NCBI RefSeq assembly: GCF_009914755.1
Contig: NC_060931.1
DNA: 64,000 bases
Direction: 5' to 3' (one strand)
Source of the DNA: the human T2T-CHM13v2.0 reference genome, Homo sapiens
The notes under the pieces were generated by a model. It was not told the origin of the DNA. It was given only the letters and a program-made list of their open reading frames with translations, and made no database searches. Made by a program: the position numbers and the translations under genes. Below are positions 53,697 to 64,000 of the stretch, one piece after another. Each line of letters starts with the position of its first letter. Positions within the stretch are counted from its first letter, which is position 1.

Positions 53697-55900
53697 TAAT
53701 CTGCCTGCCTCGGCCTCCCAAAGTGCTGGGATTACAGGTGTGAGCCACCGAGCCCGGCCTTTTTTTTTTGAGATGGAGTCTCACTCTGCCTCCCAGGCTA
53801 GAGCTCAGTGGCGCGATCTCAGCTCACTGCAGCCTCCGCCACCACCCCTCAGCCTCCCGAGTAGCTGGGATTACAGGCACCTGCCACTGTGCCCAGCTGA
53901 TTTTTGTACTGTTAGTAGAGATGGGGTTTCACCATGTTGGCCAGGTTGGTCTTGAACTCCTGACCTTGTGATTCATCCGCTTCAGCCTCCCAAAGTGCTG
54001 GGATTATAGGTGTGAGCCACCACACCCGGCCTCTTACATACTTTTCATACTTGAGTATGTTTCTAACAGATAAGGGCTTCTTTTTTTTCTTTAACCAACA
54101 GTTTTTCCAGTACCCAGTGTTCAGTTTTTCCCAGTTTTTGCAAAGATGACTTTGTATAGTTGGATTGTTTGAATATGCAAAACATTACAGAAAAATGTAG
54201 AAAATTTAGAACACGAACCAAAGCATAATATAGTGACCTGTATACCCATTACCTACTCTTTAAGTGACCACTCTTCTCTATACTACTATGGTTTATAATA
54301 GGTAGTATAAATGGTATTTATCAAAGGCTTGACCTTTGAAAGCTTAACCATTTTTGATGATTGTCAAAAACCCAAATGTTACCTGTTTGTAGATATGGGG
54401 TTTTGCCGTGTTCCCCACGCTGGTCTCAAACTCCTGAGCTCAAGTGATCTCCCCACCTTGGCCTCCCGAAGTGCCGGGATTGCAGGTGTGAGCCATGGCG
54501 TCCGGCCAGTCATTTTCTTTGGTTTACACTACTTTACCCTTCTGGGCCCTACTTTCCCCAAATGAGAGCTAGAAACTCCTCTGTTGGGAGGTTTAAATGA
54601 GATGTGTCTCATAATTTGGAGGCATAGTCTTGCCCTGTTGCCCAGGCTGGAGTGCAGTTGCACAATCACAGTCCCAAAGTGCTGGGACTACAGGCCGGAG
54701 CCACATGCCCATGCCCAGCCTTGAGCACTCAACTTTCTGTTGCATCTACTTACTGGATACATCCCTACCCTCATAACATCTACTCTGTACATTGGCTTCT
54801 TTTTATAGTTACCCTCTCTCAGTCTCCTTTGACACCTACAGATCTTTTCTGGCTCACCCTAAGGGTTCAGTATTGGCCCCATCTGCCATCTGGAAGTGGA
54901 GTCCCACTTCTGTTGCTCTCTGCTGTGCTGCATATCCTGGCTCCCAACTGCTCCACCCTGGTGAAACTGTTCTCATTGCTATCTTCCAGATTTTCTGCAG
55001 TCCTTTGCTTGTGACGTGATTTCTCCTTTCCAAATTATCAGCTCCTTGAGGGCAGAAACCGAGTCTTAGGTTTGTGCCTTCTCTACATTCTCTCCACCCT
55101 TCATAGACATGCAGATACGTGGTTGATTTGAGTAAGGAAAAGTGATTTGCCTGTCAAGGATTTTAGTCACACTTGGAGCCGAAAGTAGGGTTTCCTAAAT
55201 TACTGAGGCTGTAATTGACTACTTTAATCTTTCATAATCAATAGACTGTCCCTAATGGGCAGTAGAAAGGACACTGCTCAGTAGTGGCAGGGAGTTTGCA
55301 GCACAGACCTTGACTTCAGGTGTCCTGAATTGGCACGCTCTGCTGATCTGTTCCTGTTCTACACGCACTCCTGCCAGCCCAGTGTAGCCTCAGGCCTGTT
55401 GGGTCTACCCAGGAGCATGGCAGAATTATATAGCACTTGGTACTTAGGAAATGTTTTTATGGTCAGTTTTAAACTTATAAAATCAAGATTGAAATATAAC
55501 AGACAAGAAAACATAGGTACAGAGGTAATTTGGCAGAGGTCCTACATCAAGCTAGCTAAGGTGTCAAGTGAACCTGTTCTCCCATGTGTTGTTATTGATC
55601 TGTGTAGGAATGTACTGAATTTCACGAAACACAGCTTATTTATTTAGGTAGTAGTCCCCCAAACTTGAATCTAGTGAAAGGTGGCAGACATTTTAGCTCA
55701 GAGTTTTCTGACATTTGATTTTGTAAATGAATCGGTGGGTAACAGATCTGTGTCATCCTATGTGATGTGATGTGATGTCATCCTATGTGATGTGTACTCT
55801 GGGGTACTCACATCCTATGTGATGTGTCTCAAGTGACTGTCACACAGTGGACACTTTACCAGTGCTAGCTTGAATGAGGTCTACCTCCATGGCCCAGCCC

Positions 55901-55917
55901 TGCTGCCCCCTAGTGAT
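55901..55917 (-). promoter_or_regulatory. Candidate CTCF site in EIF4H intron 1
   Basis: Minus strand reads aTCACTAGGGGGCAGCA, close to the CTCF core CCAC(C/T)AG(A/G)(G/T)GGC(A/G)G. Confidence 0.55.
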
Positions 55918-56771
55918 TTCATTGAATGGGATGAAAAGGTAAAAAGTGCTTAAGACCTGTAGAAGGGACTACATCAGGTAGGGTATGGGAATATTTAGGA
56001 CTACTTTGGTAATTATTGAAAAGTCTAGAGTATTAAGCCACTGGTGGTTTTGTGAGGCACGAGTGAGTTGAACAGTTTGGTGGGCTTTGGTGTATCTTTG
56101 CTCCAGAATTATATCACCAGTTAGCTGTTAGGTGCTGCCATTTGGTAACGTGCCAACTTTTCAAAAATGGTTTGCCCCAAACTAGATTTTTCTATCTTCT
56201 CCAAAGCCAGAGCCACCTTCCTGTCCTAGTGCATTTTTAGCAGTGCCCCGTCATCTTACTGGCATTCACCTGGGCTTCCTGTGCTCAATCAGGGGTCAAG
56301 TCTGGCCTGATCTCAGTTCCACAGTTCCTCTACTCTGTAAGTTCGAGCACAATTAGCAAGCCTTCGCACCTCCATTTTCCTTACTTAGCAACTACATCAA
56401 ACACCCGAGAGTTTATCATCTCTCTTCATCCTCACCCTCCTTTTTAGTTTTTATGTATATGTTACACATTCATACACACAAACATACCTGCATATATACA
56501 TGTGTTTTATACGTCCCACACAACTGTGAGCTGCTTACATACAAGACAGTCTTTTAACATCATTACGCATCACTAGATGTTTAATGTTGAGTAATGAATT
56601 TAAACTGTTTTTAACATTGACCCTCCATTTTTATGGTTTTCCACGTTTATACTGTATCTTGTTTTTTGTTTGTTTGGTTTTGTTGTTGTTTTTTGTGCTT
56701 TTTTGTTTGTTTTTTGTGTTTTTTTGTTTTTGTTTTTTTGAGATGGAGTCTCGCTCTGTAGCCCAGGCTGA

Positions 56772-57189
<418 letters not shown>

Positions 57190-58800
57190 TAGAGATGGGG
57201 TCTTACTGTGTTGCCCAGGCTGGTCTTGAACTCCTGGCTTTAAGTGATCCTCCCGCCTCAGCCTCCCAAACTGTTGGGATTACAGGCATGAGCCACTGGG
57301 CCCGGCTTTATACTGTAACTCATATATTTATTATCCCGTCCTAAATAGTATCTTACTGAAAATATTTTAGGATTTATGATTTCGGAGATATCAGCGATAG
57401 AGTACTATTGGCAAAGGTTATTGAAATGCAAAGTAAGTCACATTTACTAGGCCCGAAAAGATGGGAGAAGTGGGCAGGTAGGATGCAATTCACTTGTAAA
57501 CCTATTTTCTGGTGGTCTTAGAACAGAACGTGGAACTTCCTATTGGAAAGTACCGGAATTGTGAATTATGAAACTTAAAAGCTTTTTTTTTTTTAACCAT
57601 CGAAGAATCATCACAGCTTGGTTGACCCTTCTACTTTAGAAAAATGCTTTAATGAATAATATTTGTCTGCAAGACACCTGGAATTTATCTTCAGGAAGAA
57701 GTGGAATTTCCATTGTGTTTCTGGCAGTATGTAGATGAAAGACCAGGTTGCTCTCTAAGATGGATATTAATATTTCCCCTGCAAAGAGGGTGACTTTGGG
57801 CAGGTCTTGGGTTGTTGTGAAGGATCTCATTTATTTGAACGCATTTCCCGTTTAGAAAAAAAAACTGCAGTTGGCTGCCAGCACGGTATTCTTGGAGCAA
57901 ACAGGAAATGGGTTAAATGTCTGTTTCAAAAAAAAATCACCCCCTTAATTTTTTTTTCCTCCTGAGTTTTCCAAACGTTTTATTTTGGAAATTTTCAAAT
58001 CTACAATAAGGTTGAAATAATGGTACAGTTGGATGACGCTAGTGGATGCAGAAGTGACTATTCTGCCTTGTTTGCTGAATCCTTGCTGTATACCGGCACA
58101 CATGCCCTTTATGCTGACCTGCTTGAAAACAAATGTTGGCCATCTTGGCACTTCACTTCTAACGACTTTAAGTCGTTCCTGGGGCATTCTTATGGCAAAT
58201 ATCGTTTAATATAATAATCTATTTATACTATATTCTGATGTCTTTTTTTTTTTTTTGAGATGGACTCTCGCTCTGTCGCCCAGGCTGGAGTGCAATGGGC
58301 TCACTACAACCTCCACCTCCTGGGTTCAAGCGATTCTCCTGCCTCAGCCTGCCCAGCAGCTGGGATTACAGGCATGCACCACCACACCAAGCTAATTTTG
58401 TATTTTTAGTAGAGACAGGGTTTTACCACATTGGTCAGGCTGATCTTGAACTCCTGACCTCAAGTGATCCACCCACCTCGGCCTCCCAAAATGCTGTATT
58501 AGGATTAACTCAGTTTTACAAATAAAATAAAGCTTAGAGAAGTTGAATAACTTCTCAAGGTCATATGCTAGTAAGTGACAGAGGCTAGATTTAAACCAAT
58601 ACCTATGCAGAGTAAACGACGCTTGATACAGCTGAGGAGATGACATCGAGGTTGAAATGGATTGGTAATGCACGCCATACGCATGTATTTGAGGACCCTG
58701 TGAAGTATTGCACGAGAGTGTTAGGTACGTCAGTACTTGCTGTGTGACATCTAAAATTTTTATTAGGACATTCTTATGCCCATAATCAGGCAACAAGGAG

Positions 58801-58840
<40 letters not shown>

Positions 58841-59586
58841 AGACGGAGTCTCTGTCGCGTGAGCTGAAGTGCAGTGGTGCGATCTTGGCTCACTGCAGCC
58901 TCCGCTTCCCAGGTTCAAGCGGTAGGAGAAATAATTCTATTATGTATGAATGTGTTAAACGTAAACAGCTTCAGTAATCCTTCTTCTGAATACAACATTA
59001 CTTCTAGACTGTCCATTTCTGTATTTCTTAGAACCACGGTGTGTGAAGGAGGGTACTTGCTTAGGTTTTAGGATGTAAATACTGCAGATACAGATTCTGA
59101 GTGAATAGGAGAGAAGCAGTTGTCTTAGGAAGGTGTGTTACGTTTGGGCTGGGCATGGTGGCTCACACCTGTAATCCCAGCACTTTGGGAGGGTGAGGCA
59201 GGCAGACCACCTGAGGTCAGAAGTTGGAGACCAGCCTGGCCAACATGGTGAAACCCTGTTTCTACTAAAAATGCACAAATTAGCCAGGTGTGGTGGCACA
59301 TGCCTGTAATCTCAGCATCCTTAGGAGGCTGAGACAGGAGAATCTCTTGAACCCGGGAAGCAGAGGTTCCAGTGAGCCAAGATTGTGCCACTGCACTCCA
59401 GCCTGGGTGACAGAGTGACAGTCTGTCTCAAAAAATTTTTCTTTTCCTTTTTTTTTGTTTCTCCAGCCATTCTCTGTAACAGTCTTGTGGTACATCGAGC
59501 AGAGTGCCTCACCTGGGGCGCTGGCGGCGTAGCTCAGCGGAAGACCGCTTTACTTGTTTTGCTTATTCCACTCTGGGCACACTTGA

Positions 59587-59892
<306 letters not shown>

Positions 59893-61604
59893 TAATCAAG
59901 AAAGTGTTTTAAACATTTGCCTGGTCTAAGTGGCCGAAAGAAACATAACTCTTCAACTCATAGGTCTTCAGTTCACTTAGGGGAAAATGTTTTGTACACA
60001 GTGTAGTTCATAGAAATACATGGCATATGCCCAGGTTTGTGAGCCTGACCTCTACAGCAGTCCTGTCTGCCAGTAAAGGAGTTCCCCAGGAGAGAGAGGA
60101 ATAGAGCCGAGGACTCTTAGGCACATTCCTCCTGGAATGACTCGTAGATTTTCCTTGGTAGTTAATCCAGTAATCATATGGTACTGTCATCCAGTAATCA
60201 TAAAACCCAGAAGAGAAGCAGCCAGTGCTGTCAGTATGCATTTGTAAATTTGGAGAGTGTGCTTGGGAGGGCTGGCTGAGATTTCAGATATGGTGTCTAT
60301 AGGTCGTGTGTCTGCAGGGTGCGGGAGCAAAGAGCAGGAAGAAGAAGGGATCCGAGCAGCATTCTCCTGCCTGCAGGGCTTCCTGAAGGAAGTGTGCCTG
60401 CTGTGTAAGTGCACGATGCTAGGACCCAGGATGTTTGGCCCGCATAATCCACCCAAAAGCACATCTGTGACAAGTATGGGGTAACTTGGGGCGGGGAGCT
60501 GTGCCAGCAGTCGAGAAGGCCTTGCTGACCTGGGTGGTTTTGTGTGTCGGTGGCACTCTTACTCTTTTTGACTTCAGAATCTGAAGCCACATGTAGTGTG
60601 TAATCAAACAGTGAAAACAAATATATCAGTTACACTTGTGAAGTAAGCTCCAGGAAGCATTAGGAACTAAACTTTGGGTTGGAGTGTGTGGGTGAGCCTA
60701 GCCTTTGGGCTGGGTCAGTCGCTGCAGGCTTTGGAGTTTGGCTCATGAAGGACCATCTTCATTTGAGCAGCTCTAGAAGATGAGATTGGGTGTCTGTTGC
60801 TTCTGTGAAGTTGGGGGTAGTTTTCTCCATTATTCTCAACATTGAATCCACTTAGGGAGGAAACCTGGGGGGACATCCCTCCAGCCAAGGCAGTATGTTC
60901 TTAACACACAGTTGGTAAACAGGGAAAGTTTGGACTCAGGCCTTTAGAGCACTTGCGGTCTAGTGGGCTTCAAAGATGAAGTGTGATTATTAAGTTATTA
61001 TACACAGGGCAAGGACGCTGGGGGAGAGGGGATGCAGGGTGTAGTGCCAGCATCTGGGGAGTAATGAACTAGATTTAGACTCCAGACAGCAAGGAAGGGG
61101 CAATGTCAGACCCCTGGCATCAGGGACACAGGTTGTCAGTAACAGGTACTTGGACCCAGGCTGCCTGTCTTTTAATTAACATTCAGAGAAGAATGCCCTG
61201 ATTGCCGAGGATATATTTTCAGCTTTGTGAAGCAAATTTTATGTCAGTTACCTGAGTAGTAAGTTAAATCGGCACTTTAAGCCTCTTTCTTCAGAGCATT
61301 TTAGGTACCAAGTTTGAAATCTACGAAATCTAATCCTCACTTAGATTAAATAGTCATTCAGAAGTCAGAAGAGCTCTGCAGATGGCCTGAGAAAGGTTTG
61401 AATATTATGGTTAAAACATTCAAGAAGAAAGCTTTCTAGAAACGCAGCTGCTATTTCAGTGCATGTTCAGTTAGCATTTTCTGACTGATAAAATAGAATT
61501 GAGAGGGAGGAATGCCAGTCAGGGTTCTATCTATTGAAAGGCTCTCCTAGTCTGCCATCATCTAGACAACAGAATGGTAGTTGTGACGTGGAGAAGTAGT
61601 ATGA

Positions 61605-61763
<159 letters not shown>

Positions 61764-61820
61764 TAGCAGTTGAGATTGTTTTCTTTGCCAATACTTACAC
61801 TATTTTCCCTTTATCATTAG

Positions 61821-61931
<111 letters not shown>

Positions 61932-62245
61932 TAAAGCTGAACATCATAAAGATTTGCAGTATGCCTACCAATTCCAACTCGTGAACGTTCCTAGTAGAAC
62001 TCGATTATCTCATAGGTGTGATAGGTTCTCGTGAGCTCTTAAAAGTTTGCGTAAAATCCTAGAAAGAATGGCTGATGCTTCTGCAAGCCTGGCGTTTTTT
62101 GTTTTCTGTTGGAAGCAAAAGCTCTTAAAATGATTTCATTGAACCTTCCATCACTTGAGTTGTATGTCTTCCAAATGAATTTTTCCATGTTTGCGCAGCA
62201 AGGTAATGACACGACCTCAACTTTATCTTTTTTGTGTATCCTCAG

Positions 62246-62305
62246 GAATGGGTAGCTCTCGAGAATCTAGAGGTGGATGGGATTCCCGGGATGACTTCAA
62301 TTCTG
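62246..62305 (+). CDS. EIF4H: EIF4H exon 5, 60-nt alternative cassette exon (GMGSSRESRGGWDSRDDFNS); CDS continues beyond the window
   Basis: ctcag acceptor, weak donor G|gtatca, symmetric phase 1-1, 20 codons; matches the known difference between long and short eIF4H isoforms. Confidence 0.96.
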
Positions 62306-63196
62306 GTATCAGTATTTAAAGTATCACCACTTAATTTTTCCTAGGAGCCTTGCTGCTGTTCTCTGTTTCTTACGAGTAGCCCGCCTGGCCGGACTACTTA
62401 TTTAGTTCCTTTAACAAATACAACTCTCCTGCAGGGTGCCCAGGCATGCAAGTAAGCCTCTGTTAGAGCCTGTGGGGGCAGGACTTGAGCCCCATGCACC
62501 TTGTGTGGTCACCTTTGTTAGCCTGCAGCTCCTTGGATGTGTACGGGCCTGGGTCCTTGAGCTCGCTCAGCAGTCTTTCTCAGACTCTAGCCCAGGGAAA
62601 CTCCTCTGTGGTTTTGTGTATGGCACCAAGAGAAGTACTGTTCCTTCTGGAAAACATAGGATAGAGGTTTGGGTTCTTACATGGTGAAAGGTAGTCCTGA
62701 TGGCCCTTTTTTTTCTTGGAGGATTGTGGGGAGGTCCAGTCCCTTGATGGTGGACCTGATGCACTTCGCCGTTCTCTTTCTTAGCCAACCCAGGCAGAGC
62801 AGCTGGTGGTATAGCACAAAGCATCAGTCCACACGCCAGGCCTCTGCCCTGCAGGGTGATTTTAAGCATTTTTATCATCTTTACTTTCTGTTTTTAAATT
62901 ACAAAAGTATAATTTTTTATATATGCACATGATAAAAACTTCAGTTGTAACCCAGAAAGGTAGGAAGAGAAAAACAAATTTGTTTTCTTTCCCGCAAACT
63001 TGGGATGTGCTGTCAATGCTGTGCTGTATAGAACGTCAGCACCCTCCCCCCATCAAAACAAAACCGGTGTAAAGTAGTGGGTGAGTATGGGAGGGACTGG
63101 TGCACGCTGTCTTGTGAGTCTGAGATTTTTAAAAACTCAGCTTTGGCTGAACAGGTGACGACTACCTGTTGAATAATATAGTTCTTAAAAGTCCTG

Positions 63197-63293
63197 TAGC
63201 CAGTCAGAAATGAGCTTATTCATAAAAGTGCAGTATGGTGAAGTCAATCTGTAATTTTATGTATAAGCTAGTCTCTGATTGAAACATGCAGCA
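63197..63293 (+). ncRNA. MIR590: pre-miR-590 hairpin (5p about 63212-63233 GAGCTTATTCATAAAAGTGCAG; 3p about 63252-63272 TAATTTTATGTATAAGCTAGT), EIF4H intron 5
   Basis: The arms agcttattcataaaa and ttttatgtataagct are near-complementary; sequence recognised as hsa-mir-590, a known EIF4H-intronic miRNA. Confidence 0.96.
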
Positions 63294-63596
63294 GCTGTCT
63301 TCTTAGAGCCAACCAGCAGCTCAGGGAACGGCCTTTCCCCTGCCAGTTTGGTATTCGCAGGTGTTATAGAAGTTGCCCACATACTAACGTCTTTCTACCC
63401 TTGGCTTAGCTTGGCCACTGGCGCTCAAGCAGAGACACAGTGAACACGGCCATGGCCTGGCCGCCACCAGTTCTGGTGGGAACTGCAGTGTTTTGGTGAC
63501 ATCTCAAACCCTATGTGGGCTCACTCGATGGAGTAATGGCTAATTTGATACTTTATACGTTATTTGCGAGAGTAGATCTTTTTTACTTTTTAATAG

Positions 63597-64000
<404 letters not shown>

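Noticed and set aside
55754-55826. Repeat-spacer pattern resembling a CRISPR array
   Set aside because: Only three 16-bp units with 9-16 bp spacers, in a human intron, with no cas genes.
60165-60202. 14-bp direct repeat atccagtaatcata in intron 2
   Set aside because: Too short and isolated; most likely a local slippage event.

Overview
Human (primate) genomic DNA, recognisable as 7q11.23 in the Williams-Beuren region. About 1-45.5 kb is extremely Alu-dense intergenic DNA with a nested cluster of ERV1/MaLR solo LTRs, including three MER41-type LTRs that each keep tandem GAS (STAT) motifs. A CpG-island promoter at about 45.8-47.0 kb drives EIF4H (WBSCR1) on the + strand. Coding exons 1-5 are present (exon 5 is the known 60-nt cassette exon); exons 6-7 lie beyond the window. 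MIR590 sits in intron 5. Nearly all ORFs in the supplied track are Alu or GC-rich artefacts. I found no convincing new gene system. The best leads are: (i) the triple MER41 tandem-GAS cluster; (ii) an open, in-frame 87-nt cryptic exon whose donor lies only 43 nt upstream of exon 5; (iii) a 104-bp ungapped ~91%-identical Alu-MIR junction duplicated about 37 kb apart; (iv) inverted Alus bracketing exons 2-5; (v) a possible retroposed 3'UTR fragment. Repeat family names come from recalled consensus sequences, not a RepeatMasker run.
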